IMG/VR virus record: IMGVR_UViG_3300027963_000045
From: an uncultured virus (IMG/VR IMGVR_UViG_3300027963_000045)
Taxonomy: Duplodnaviria; Heunggongvirae; Uroviricota; Caudoviricetes
Direction: 5' to 3' (one strand)
Length of the DNA: 64,000 nucleotides
Shown here: positions 8,966-16,704 of the stretch, in pieces
Position numbering within the stretch: position 1 is the stretch's first letter
How the letters are laid out: every line of letters starts with the position of its first letter
Position numbers and translations under genes: made by a program
Notes under the pieces: generated by a model
The model's input: only the letters and a program-made list of their open reading frames with translations
What the model was told of the DNA's origin: nothing
Databases searched by the model: none

Positions 8966-10437
8966 ACAATCTTGCACTGGGATTTAGTGTTGCATCATCA
9001 ATGCAGAACATGCTTTGGTGTTTTCTGGGGGTGTTCATTGGGACCATAGTTGGCATGTTGCCCGGAGTTGGTCCGCTGTCAGCCATTGCTATTTTATTGC
9101 CGCTGACCTATACTCTGGGAGATCCTGCCACTGGAATTATTTTCCTAGCTGGTATCTATTATGGTACGCAGTACGGAGGATCAACCACAAGTATTCTGTT
9201 GAACATGCCCGGGGAGGCAGCGTCGGTGGTTACGACCATTGACGGGTACCAAATGACACGTCGTGGGCGCGGTGGTGCGGCCTTGGCAGTTGCGGCCCTG
9301 GGCTCATTTGTGGCCGGTACTTTGGCCACTGTGTTGGTCGCCTTGGTAGGCGAGCCATTGGCCAAAGTTGCATATATTTTTGGCCCAACGGAATTTACAG
9401 CACTAATGACTCTGGGGCTAGTATCTGCTGTGGCACTCAGCAATGGTTCATTACTCAAAGGCCTAGGTGTGGTTATCATAGGATTTTTGCTGGGCATGGT
9501 TGGCGCCGACGTAAATTCTGGTGTTGTGCGATTTGACTTTGGCATTCCTGAATTATATGATGGGTTGCCTTTTCCAATCTTGGCCATGGGGGTATTTGGA
9601 CTCAGCGAAATTTTGTACAGCATGTTGCATGACAAGACTCCAAAAAAAGTAGAAATTCCCAAGATTTCAGACTTGTATCCAACAAGAGAAGAACTCAACA
9701 AATCAGTGAAGCCTATTTTGCGTGGCACAGCCTTGGGATCATTTTTGGGATTGATTCCCGGGTCTGGTGGTATTGTAAGTTCATTTGCCAGCTACGCAAT
9801 CGAAAAGAAAATGTCAAAGACTCCCTGGGAGTTTGGCAAGGGTGCAATTGAAGGTGTTGCTGGTCCTGAAAGTGCCAACAATGCCAGCGCACAAACAGGC
9901 TTTATTCCCATGTTGAGCTTGGGTATTCCCACTACCAGTAGCATGAGCTTGATGATGGCGGCACTGATGTCGTTTAACATACAACCAGGGCCCATGGCAA
10001 TTTCTAGCAACCCAACATTGTTCTGGGGATTGATTGTGTCTATGTGGATTGGTAACATCATGTTGGTGATTTTAAACTATCCCATGGTGGGTCTGTGGGT
10101 GCGCTTGTTGCAAATTCCAAGATGGGTTTTGTTTCCCACGGTGATTGTGATTTGCGTTGCCGGGACATACTATATCAACAATCAATGGTTCTCAGTACTG
10201 CTGTTGATACCGTTTACTATAATTGGATATCTACTCAAAGCACTGGAATGTGAACCGGCTCCAATGGCCATGGGTTTTGTAGTTGGCGCACTTTTTGAGG
10301 AATACTTGAAACGAGCCCTGTCAATCTCCGAAGGATCTTGGATGATATTCTTAAATAGTAATATTTCATTATCTTTGCTGAGTCTCACTGCGATCTTGAC
10401 AGCTTATGGGATTTATGCTAAACTACGTAAAAATTAA
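8953..10437 (+). CDS. tctA: Tripartite tricarboxylate transporter permease TctA
   Basis: GxLPGxGP, GIYYGTQYGGSTTSILLNMPGE, GPESANNA, LSLGIP; ~12 TM. Confidence 0.92.
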   Translation: MEIINNLALGFSVASSMQNMLWCFLGVFIGTIVGMLPGVGPLSAIAILLPLTYTLGDPATGIIFLAGIYYGTQYGGSTTSILLNMPGEAASVVTTIDGYQMTRRGRGGAALAVAALGSFVAGTLATVLVALVGEPLAKVAYIFGPTEFTALMTLGLVSAVALSNGSLLKGLGVVIIGFLLGMVGADVNSGVVRFDFGIPELYDGLPFPILAMGVFGLSEILYSMLHDKTPKKVEIPKISDLYPTREELNKSVKPILRGTALGSFLGLIPGSGGIVSSFASYAIEKKMSKTPWEFGKGAIEGVAGPESANNASAQTGFIPMLSLGIPTTSSMSLMMAALMSFNIQPGPMAISSNPTLFWGLIVSMWIGNIMLVILNYPMVGLWVRLLQIPRWVLFPTVIVICVAGTYYINNQWFSVLLLIPFTIIGYLLKALECEPAPMAMGFVVGALFEEYLKRALSISEGSWMIFLNSNISLSLLSLTAILTAYGIYAKLRKN

Positions 10438-10451
10438 GAAAGGAGGGCACT

Positions 10452-11039
10452 ATGCCAGCAGTATTTTTGGTCAGCGACACGCACTTTGGTCACGCTGGTG
10501 TGTGCCGCTTCACTCATCCCAACGATCCTGAAGTAAAATTACGTCCATGGACTGATCCAGATGAAATGGATGAGGAGATGGTTCGACGTTGGAACGACCG
10601 TGTGCGTCCCAATGACAAAGTTTACCATTTGGGAGATGTTGTTATTAATCGCCGAGCATTAAAGACAGTGGGTCGGTTGAACGGGGACAAGGTGTTGATC
10701 CGTGGCAATCATGACATCTTCCGCGACAATGAGTATCGTGAGTACTTTCGTGAGTTGCGAGCATACCATGTCATGAACGGAATGATTCTTTCACATATTC
10801 CTATTCACACAGCAAGTTTGGGTAGGTTTGGTGTTAACATTCACGGACACTTGCACGCCACTCGTGTGATGTATGAAGATCCGTTTGACGCATTTGAGTC
10901 CAAGATTGATACACGCTATCATTGTGTATGTGTGGAACAAACTGATTTTGCACCTATCTTGTTTGAAGATGTGATCAAGCGCATCGAAGCAGAAGGTGGT
11001 AGTGTGGGTTTTAGGAACGGCAACGGTCCTACAATGTGA
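10452..11039 (+). CDS. Calcineurin-like metallophosphoesterase
   Basis: SDTHFGH, HLGD, GNHD, SH, HGHLH. Confidence 0.9.
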   Translation: MPAVFLVSDTHFGHAGVCRFTHPNDPEVKLRPWTDPDEMDEEMVRRWNDRVRPNDKVYHLGDVVINRRALKTVGRLNGDKVLIRGNHDIFRDNEYREYFRELRAYHVMNGMILSHIPIHTASLGRFGVNIHGHLHATRVMYEDPFDAFESKIDTRYHCVCVEQTDFAPILFEDVIKRIEAEGGSVGFRNGNGPTM

Positions 11040-11043
11040 CAAT

Positions 11044-11118
11044 CTGGCCATAGTATAATGGATAATACAGTAGCCTTCTAAGCTATCAATCTAGGTTCGA
11101 TTCCTAGTGGCCGGGCCA
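11044..11118 (+). tRNA. tRNA-Arg(UCU)
   Basis: Cloverleaf, loop CTTCTAA, GGTTCGATTCC, CCA. Confidence 0.9.
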
Positions 11119-11208
11119 AGTTATTCAGAATGTGTCAACTAAACTTGATACTAAAGCGTTATATATGTGTAGGATATAAATTCTACGTAACATAGAAGGA
11201 AACTTATC

Positions 11209-11424
11209 ATGAAATTAGTCGCAACATTGATCGCTACTGCATTTGCAGTTACCGCTTTCGCCGCAGAACCTGCCAAGAAAGAAGAAAAGAAAGCTGATGC
11301 CAAGCCTGCTGTTACAGCACCGGCCCCTGCCGCTACTGCGCCAGCAACGCCTGCTAAAAGTGAGTCTGCTAAGAAAGACGCACCTAAAGCAGACGCCAAG
11401 GCCGCTACTCCGGCTGCGAAGTGA
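11209..11424 (+). CDS. Small secreted Ala/Lys/Pro-rich protein
   Basis: Signal peptide MKLVATLIATAFAVTAFA-A; GAGGA RBS. Confidence 0.75.
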   Translation: MKLVATLIATAFAVTAFAAEPAKKEEKKADAKPAVTAPAPAATAPATPAKSESAKKDAPKADAKAATPAAK

Positions 11425-11620
11425 TCTAGATGAAGGTGACTTTGTTATCGATGACGAAGTCGCCCTTGGTCGTAATCTAAGAGCACGTAATTTTGGTAAA
11501 ATAGTTCATGAAAATATTGTTTTATCAGATTATGTAAATTTTAGATTATGGCTAGCTAGACAATTAGCAATGAAAAAGTATGATGAAGTCTGGGGGTAAA
11601 ATCCCAGACTTTTCTAATTT

Positions 11621-11710
11621 GGAAGTGTGGCTGAGCCTGGTTTAAGGCAGCAGTCTTGAAAACTGTCGCTCCGAAAGGAGCCGTGAGTTCGAATCTCACC
11701 ACTTCCGCCA
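11621..11710 (+). tRNA. tRNA-Ser(UGA)
   Basis: Loop CTTGAAA, long variable arm, G73-CCA. Confidence 0.95.
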
Positions 11711-11727
11711 ACTTATAAGGATTGTTA

Positions 11728-12288
11728 ATGAAGATTTCCATCACTGGACACACACAAGGAATTGGTCAAGCATTATACCAAGGTTGGGTCAAACAAGGTC
11801 ATGATGTACGTGGCTTTAGCCGAAGCAACGGATATGATATTTCCACTGACCAGGGAATTGACCAAATTGTCAACGAGTGTGTGGACTGTGATGTGTTTGT
11901 TAACAATGCATATGATGCCAGCAAGAGAGATAGCCTTGCTGGATTTGCGCAAACTGTTCTACTGTATAAATTATGGGTTGCCTGGCAAGGACAAGACCGG
12001 ACCATTATTGCTGTTGGTAGTAGAATGGTAGATGCTGTTCAGCCAAGAGTGTATCCATATCTCGCACACAAGACAGCATTGGATACTGCTGTTCATCAAC
12101 TTAGACTAGTGCAACAAACTAGTCCCAAAATTTTGTATGTCAAGCCCGGCTTGATTGACACCAACATGGTTGCAAATGTCACAGGATATAGCAAGTTGGA
12201 TCCACAAGAAATCTTTAACGCATGTGATTGGGCACTCAACAACCCGTCGCAAATACTTGACCTAAGCATAGGGTCTTTAGGAATCTAG
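11728..12288 (+). CDS. Short-chain dehydrogenase/reductase-like protein
   Basis: ITGHTQGIG, FVNNA, YxxxK (YLAHK), PGxxDT. Confidence 0.85.
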   Translation: MKISITGHTQGIGQALYQGWVKQGHDVRGFSRSNGYDISTDQGIDQIVNECVDCDVFVNNAYDASKRDSLAGFAQTVLLYKLWVAWQGQDRTIIAVGSRMVDAVQPRVYPYLAHKTALDTAVHQLRLVQQTSPKILYVKPGLIDTNMVANVTGYSKLDPQEIFNACDWALNNPSQILDLSIGSLGI

Positions 12289-12419
12289 TTGACTGTAAGT
12301 GACAATGGTGTTATACTAGAGTTAAGTTAGAAGCATAAGTGTTCCTAATGTGCAACTGGAAAATGTTGTAAAAATACAACAAAAAAACAGTTGACACAAA
12401 AAAACAAGTGTCGTACAAT
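12289..12419 (+). promoter_or_regulatory. Tandem sigma70 promoters heading the tRNA array, with TGTTG-N8-CAACA palindrome
   Basis: TTGACT-17-TATACT (12289), TTGACA-17-TACAAT (12391), palindrome at 12364-12381. Confidence 0.75.
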
Positions 12420-12494
12420 TGATACTTGCGCTGATAACTCAGCAATGTTCTTTAAAAATTTGCATTTCATGTAGTGATCCCGGGCTTGCTCGGG

Positions 12495-12759
12495 CACTAT
12501 ATGTAAACACACTAAGGTTACCTACACTGTTAGGGGTGAACGAAGGGCGATTGCGTAGAAGAAATTCTCGGCCTTGATACCCATGAAGCAGGAAGCCCGA
12601 AATAGATACCTGAGCCGATACCAAAGGCAACGAGTGGTTGAAATAGGGAACAACTTCCGGGAATGCGACAGGCTAAACAGTAGGCAGTAATGAGAAAAAA
12701 CGTAGGTCGCCAGGTGGTGCTGAGATTTATATCCTTCCTTAATGTGTTTTCATATAGTG
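12495..12759 (+). ncRNA. Candidate ~260-nt structured ncRNA
   Basis: Closing stem CACTATATGTAAACACACTAAGG / CCTTAATGTGTTTTCATATAGTG; inner stem CCTACACTGTTAG / CTAAACAGTAGG. Confidence 0.55.
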
Positions 12760-12764
12760 AATAT

Positions 12765-12840
12765 GGTCTTAAAGTGTTCATGGACGCACGACGGCTTGTC
12801 ACGCCGTAAGAGTGGGGATCGTTACCCCCTAAGACCGCCA
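12765..12840 (+). tRNA. tRNA-Asp(GUC), non-canonical A8/U14 and A54/U58
   Basis: GGTCTTA/TAAGACC, loop TTGTCAC, T-loop ATCGTTA, G73-CCA. Confidence 0.85.
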
Positions 12841-12846
12841 AGTTTT

Positions 12847-12911
12847 GAGAGTCACATCGCCTGGACACTTCCCTCGGTGACGAAGCACTAGGTCCTGCAA
12901 CCGTGACTCTC
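12847..12911 (+). ncRNA. Candidate small structured RNA
   Basis: GAGAGTCAC/GTGACTCTC closing stem with nested CCTGG/CTAGG. Confidence 0.4.
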
Positions 12912-12919
12912 CTTTATTT

Positions 12920-12994
12920 GCTCGATTCGTCTATCGGTTAGGACATCTGGTTTTCATCCAGGCAAGAGCGGTTCGACTCCGCTATCGAGTACCA
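12920..12994 (+). tRNA. tRNA-Glu(UUC)
   Basis: Loop TTTTCAT, GGTTCGACTCC, CCA. Confidence 0.9.
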
Positions 12995-12999
12995 AACAT

Positions 13000-13085
13000 G
13001 GAGATGTGGCAGAGCGGTTGATTGCACCAGACTGTAAATCTGGCCCCTAAAAAGCACGGTGGTTCAAATCCATCCATCTCCACCA
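13000..13085 (+). tRNA. tRNA-Tyr(GUA)
   Basis: Loop CTGTAAA, extended variable region, CCA. Confidence 0.92.
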
Positions 13086-13086
13086 A

Positions 13087-13277
13087 GAACGTTCCGGGTG
13101 TCTCCGGATAGTGTGACCCACACGATGAGAAGTAGTGTGACAACTACGGGTGGTAGTCTTCGAACCCAAAGGCCGCTGGCAATGCGAGAACGGTCCCTGT
13201 CGGGAAGCGGGTGGAAGGAGTGTGTGATGGGTATGATAGCGTCATATCTTGATACTCTATAATTACCGCCGGGGGAT
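13087..13277 (+). ncRNA. Candidate ~190-nt multi-hairpin ncRNA
   Basis: Successive stems TCCGG/CCGGA, GTGTG/CACAC, GTAGT/ACTAC, CCGCT/AGCGG, GGGTATGA/TCATATCT. Confidence 0.5.
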
Positions 13278-13291
13278 GCAGAGCATTTTTG

Positions 13292-13449
13292 TTTTTATAG
13301 TCAAGCATCGATACAGGTATCGTTGTGGGACGCCACAACTATGCGGGCCTAACTGTGCGAGGAACAGGTCCTGACATAACTGCTATTCGCTTGTCAGAGG
13401 AAGCACCTTTGTTGACAAATCGGCATCTCTCGATGCTTGACTATAAAAA
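13292..13449 (+). ncRNA. Candidate ncRNA enclosed by a perfect 20-bp inverted repeat
   Basis: TTTTTATAGTCAAGCATCGA / TCGATGCTTGACTATAAAAA; inner hairpins GTTGTGG/CCACAAC, CTGACA/TGTCAG. Confidence 0.55.
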
Positions 13450-13452
13450 TAT

Positions 13453-13530
13453 GTAGGGATGGCAGAGTGGTCAAATGCAACGGACTGCAAATCCGTAAAG
13501 CCGTGAGTTCAAATCTCACTCCCTACTCCA
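13453..13530 (+). tRNA. tRNA-Cys(GCA)
   Basis: Loop CTGCAAA, U73-CCA. Confidence 0.92.
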
Positions 13531-13538
13531 ATCAACAC

Positions 13539-13639
13539 GGGAGAGTTGCTAATATTGGCCTTAGGGCGAGCCTTATAAACTCGTAAGCACTGTCTAGATA
13601 AGGCAGCGAATGTGGGTTCGATTCCCACCTCTCCTACCA
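13539..13639 (+). tRNA. tRNA with UAU (Ile) anticodon and unusually long variable arm
   Basis: GGGAGAG/CTCTCCT acceptor, loop CTTATAA, ~28-nt variable region with CTGTCT/AGGCAG stem, GTGGG-TTCGATT-CCCAC, A73-CCA. Confidence 0.75.
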
Positions 13640-13655
13640 TTAAGTAAGTTTTAAC

Positions 13656-13730
13656 CGCGGGGTACGTCAGCGGTAGACTAGCGGGCTCATAACCCGAAAG
13701 ACGGAGGTTCGATTCCTTCCCCCGCAACCA
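13656..13730 (+). tRNA. Initiator tRNA-fMet(CAU)
   Basis: C1:A72 mismatch, three G-C pairs in anticodon stem, loop CTCATAA. Confidence 0.92.
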
Positions 13731-13735
13731 TTTGT

Positions 13736-13809
13736 GTATCCCTGGTGTAATGGCAGCATCGCAGTCTCCAAAACTGTTGGTCGGGGTTCGAGTCCCTGGG
13801 GGTACGCCA
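13736..13809 (+). tRNA. tRNA-Trp(CCA)
   Basis: Loop CTCCAAA, G73-CCA. Confidence 0.9.
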
Positions 13810-13814
13810 TGTTT

Positions 13815-13888
13815 GGGCTGGTAGTTAAATGGGATAACGGTGGCTTTGCAAGCCTCAGTTGGGAGTTCGATTCTCCCTCGGTCCACCA
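13815..13888 (+). tRNA. tRNA-Ala(UGC)
   Basis: G3:U70, loop TTTGCAA. Confidence 0.9.
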
Positions 13889-13911
13889 AACATATGATAT
13901 ATAAGGATATT

Positions 13912-14346
13912 ATGTTGCACTTAATCAAATCTGTTTCTGATTCGTTCGTTGAGTGTCTTAAGCAAGATCCTGTGCGCCCGCATATTCCTGAATCATTGAG
14001 AGTTGGTAACAACCGCGATATCTTTGTGTCGCGAAAGGAAGATGCAGGTGCTCGAGCAGTTACTTGTGTAAGTTACCAACAACGCATCCCGGAAAGTGAA
14101 AATGAACTTTTCGAGGATACTGACACCCCCGAGGTTGTAGTTTTCTATACTATATGGAGCTATGAACCCGGTGCCGGTCGTGATTTAATCTTTGAGGCTC
14201 GAGACTGGATTCTAAAAAATCGCCCCGAGATCAAAAGATTTATAACCTTGAGTCCACCAACTGAAATGGCTCGAAGGTTTCACCTAAAGAATGGTGCTAT
14301 AGTACATCGTGTCAATCAGAGCACAGTGAACTACGAGTACCTTTGA
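13912..14346 (+). CDS. Hypothetical protein, possibly GNAT-like fold
   Basis: AAGGA RBS; YTIWSYEPGAGRDLI...ARRFHLKNG resembles GNAT motifs A/B. Confidence 0.6.
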   Translation: MLHLIKSVSDSFVECLKQDPVRPHIPESLRVGNNRDIFVSRKEDAGARAVTCVSYQQRIPESENELFEDTDTPEVVVFYTIWSYEPGAGRDLIFEARDWILKNRPEIKRFITLSPPTEMARRFHLKNGAIVHRVNQSTVNYEYL

Positions 14347-14352
14347 CATTAT

Positions 14353-14428
14353 TGGGGGTTCGCCAAGTTGGTAAGGCATCGGATTTTGATTCCGACATGC
14401 GGTGGTTCGAATCCATCACCCTCAGCCA
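14353..14428 (+). tRNA. tRNA-Gln(UUG)
   Basis: Loop TTTTGAT, U1-A72, G73-CCA. Confidence 0.92.
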
Positions 14429-14530
14429 AATTTTACAATGGAGAATGACATGAAACGTACCAAACGTTAGTGTCGTCATAGACTTCCGTAGGTCTATGAT
14501 TGGCACGTAAAATCAATTAATACGACTTAT

Positions 14531-14606
14531 GGGACTATAGCTCAGCCGGTAGAGCAGTGGACTTTTAATCCATTGGTCGCGAGTTCGAATCTCGCTGGTC
14601 CTACCA
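14531..14606 (+). tRNA. tRNA-Lys(UUU)
   Basis: Loop CTTTTAA, canonical arms. Confidence 0.95.
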
Positions 14607-14718
14607 TATAAAAACACATTACCAACGGTATCGCTTGTAGCAAAGCCCGTGCCAAAGTAGTCAGTCTAGGATAGTGTGTTTCTATATGGTATTTTAGAAA
14701 TAAGTATTAATGAGTTTT

Positions 14719-14793
14719 GCCCTTGTAGCTCACTGGTAGAGCACTCGCCTTGTAAGCGATAGGTAGTTAGTTCGATTCTAACCTGGGGCACCA
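14719..14793 (+). tRNA. tRNA-Thr(UGU)
   Basis: Loop CTTGTAA, CCA. Confidence 0.9.
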
Positions 14794-14799
14794 AAATTT

Positions 14800-14873
14800 G
14801 CGGGGTTCGTATAGTGGTAATACCTCAGCCTTCCAAGCTGATGCGGAGAGTTCGATTCTCTTACCCCGCTCCA
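14800..14873 (+). tRNA. tRNA-Gly(UCC)
   Basis: Loop CTTCCAA, U73-CCA. Confidence 0.93.
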
Positions 14874-14881
14874 TAGTTTAT

Positions 14882-14957
14882 TCCCTAGTAGCTCAGAGGT
14901 AGTAGCAACGGACTGTTAATCCGTGTGTCGGTGGTTCGATCCCACCCTGGGGAGCCA
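14882..14957 (+). tRNA. tRNA-Asn(GUU)
   Basis: Loop CTGTTAA, G73-CCA. Confidence 0.92.
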
Positions 14958-14963
14958 AGTTTT

Positions 14964-15040
<77 letters not shown>

Positions 15041-15050
15041 GTTTTAGTAT

Positions 15051-15128
15051 ACCGCCTTAGCTCAATTGGATCAGAGCACTGTGCTACGAACGCAGGGGTT
15101 AGGAGTTCAAATCTCTTAGGTGGTACCA
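15051..15128 (+). tRNA. tRNA-Arg(ACG)
   Basis: Loop CTACGAA, CCA. Confidence 0.92.
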
Positions 15129-15138
15129 AAGTTTACAA

Positions 15139-15228
15139 GGTGCGGTCCCATAATGGTATTGGAGCGGATTGCTAATCCGTCGAGTGGTGAAAGCCGCTTT
15201 CTGAGTTCGAGTCTCAGTCGCACCGCCA
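15139..15228 (+). tRNA. tRNA-Ser(GCU)
   Basis: Loop TTGCTAA, long variable arm, G73-CCA. Confidence 0.9.
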
Positions 15229-15234
15229 GTGTTT

Positions 15235-15309
15235 CGGTCTTTGGTGAAATGGATATCATGCTTGGCTTCGAACCAAGCGGTGTGGGTTCGATTCCTGCAG
15301 GACCGGCCA
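15235..15309 (+). tRNA. tRNA-Arg(UCG)
   Basis: Loop CTTCGAA, CCA. Confidence 0.9.
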
Positions 15310-15348
15310 AGTTTTATGTATATAAGTATATACACTCAAGGGGAAATC

Positions 15349-15648
15349 ATGTCACATGACGCAGACAAGTTTAAAAACAGCAAACGTAGACTCAAAGACG
15401 ATAACGCTGTAAAAAAACAAGTTAAAATTGCCAAAGCGCATGGGTTAACTGACAATGATATTGCAGTAAAAGAGCCGCATCGCATGGTCAAACATCATGC
15501 CATGGATTGCGGTCAACCCGGCTGCATGCTGTGCGGGAATCCGCGCAAGACATTTAACGAGCTTACTGCTCAAGAAAAACGTTTGTTTCAAGACTTGGAA
15601 AAAGTCACAGACAAGCATTCAAATGGCACTATTCCCCCAGAAGAATAA
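15349..15648 (+). CDS. Small basic protein with putative metal-binding H/C motif
   Basis: HHAMDCGQPGCMLCGNPR; AGGGG RBS. Confidence 0.7.
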   Translation: MSHDADKFKNSKRRLKDDNAVKKQVKIAKAHGLTDNDIAVKEPHRMVKHHAMDCGQPGCMLCGNPRKTFNELTAQEKRLFQDLEKVTDKHSNGTIPPEE

Positions 15649-15653
15649 ATCAT

Positions 15654-15729
15654 GGTGTTAGTAGTGTAGTGGTCTGCACATTGCTCTGTGAAAGCGAAGG
15701 TATGGGATCGTTCCCCATCTAACACCCCA
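15654..15729 (+). tRNA. tRNA-His(GUG)
   Basis: G-1:C73, loop CTGTGAA, T-loop ATCGTTC. Confidence 0.88.
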
Positions 15730-15735
15730 AAATTT

Positions 15736-15811
15736 AGGAAGTTAGCTCAGTTGGTAGAGCATCTGCCTTACAAGCAGAATGTCATCGGTTCGATCCCGGT
15801 ACTTCCTACCA
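15736..15811 (+). tRNA. tRNA-Val(UAC)
   Basis: Loop CTTACAA, CCA. Confidence 0.95.
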
Positions 15812-15823
15812 TTAATATAGTTT

Positions 15824-15899
15824 GGCGACGTAGCTCATCAGGTAGAGCGACAGACTGAAAATCTGTGCGTGGCTGGTTCGAGTCCAGCCGTTGCCACCA
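15824..15899 (+). tRNA. tRNA-Phe(GAA)
   Basis: Loop CTGAAAA, CCA. Confidence 0.93.
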
Positions 15900-15905
15900 G
15901 GTCAT

Positions 15906-15979
15906 AGCCGGTTAGCTCAAAGGTAGAGCACTCGACTGATAATCGAGAGACACAGGATCGATACCTGTACTGGCTACCA
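15906..15979 (+). tRNA. tRNA-Ile(GAU)
   Basis: Loop CTGATAA, T-loop ATCGATA, CCA. Confidence 0.9.
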
Positions 15980-16141
15980 AAATTTTTTCTGGAACAAAGT
16001 TAGCTCTAGGCCGATTTAACACTGGGTCTGGCACAAACTTTTGACTAGTGGTATAGGATGTTCTAGGAGTATACGGTAGCCTTGCCGATTTCGTATACAA
16101 GATATCTGTATATGTGTTATAATCAGTCATAATGTATTTAA

Positions 16142-16224
16142 GCGGACGTGGCGTAATTGGTAGCCGCGCTGGTCTTAGAAGCCAGTCTTTCGGGGTGTGA
16201 GTTCGAGTCTCACCGTCCGCACCA
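16142..16224 (+). tRNA. tRNA-Leu(UAG)
   Basis: Loop CTTAGAA, variable arm, A73-CCA. Confidence 0.92.
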
Positions 16225-16230
16225 AAATTT

Positions 16231-16317
16231 GCGAGTGTGGTGAAATAGGTAGACACAAGAGACTTAAAATCTCTCGCCCGAAAGGGCGTGCCGGTTCGAT
16301 TCCGGCCACTCGTACCA
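16231..16317 (+). tRNA. tRNA-Leu(UAA)
   Basis: Loop CTTAAAA, long variable arm. Confidence 0.93.
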
Positions 16318-16324
16318 TTGTTTT

Positions 16325-16490
16325 GCAAACAAAAAAACGTGTAGGGGTTTCCCCCGGCTGGCACTGTGCAGTGATGCACATCTAGCGGATCAGGTGTTTG
16401 GGTGTGAGGCCCAAAGTTGTTGCCGGTGATAAGTCAATCTATCGTCGATTGGTGTTCAGCCACACGCCCTAGCGAAACCGGTTTGTTTGC
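16325..16490 (+). ncRNA. Candidate ~165-nt structured ncRNA
   Basis: GCAAACAAA/TTTGTTTGC closing stem; GGCTG/CAGCC; hairpins TGTGCA/TGCACA, TTTGGG/CCCAAA, TCAATC/GATTGG; T run after. Confidence 0.5.
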
Positions 16491-16508
16491 TTTTTTTGTA
16501 AATACTGC

Positions 16509-16703
16509 ATGATTGTTGAATCAATATATGCGGTAGTTGACACAGTAGATCAACGACAACGTGTTAGGCATGTTACTAGCTTAGTGGACCAACAAGGTAG
16601 AACGTACACCGAAATTGAGCAGTATTTTTATACGTTATACAACAACAAGGGTACGCTTGAAGTAGAAAATGTCAAAGGCACGAATGTAGACCACCAAGCA
16701 TAA
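16509..16703 (+). CDS. Hypothetical protein
   Basis: 64-aa ORF preceded by TAAATA. Confidence 0.6.
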   Translation: MIVESIYAVVDTVDQRQRVRHVTSLVDQQGRTYTEIEQYFYTLYNNKGTLEVENVKGTNVDHQA

Positions 16704-16704
16704 C

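Noticed and set aside
8774..10437. Host chromosomal contamination or prophage boundary
   Set aside because: Composition, gene packing and flanking genes are continuous with the phage-like context; no att site or host housekeeping operon.
12841..13449. tRNA-associated HDV-like (theta) or hammerhead ribozymes
   Set aside because: Could not build the nested double pseudoknot or the CUGAUGA/GAAA core by eye; tRNAs already encode CCA. Needs a motif search.
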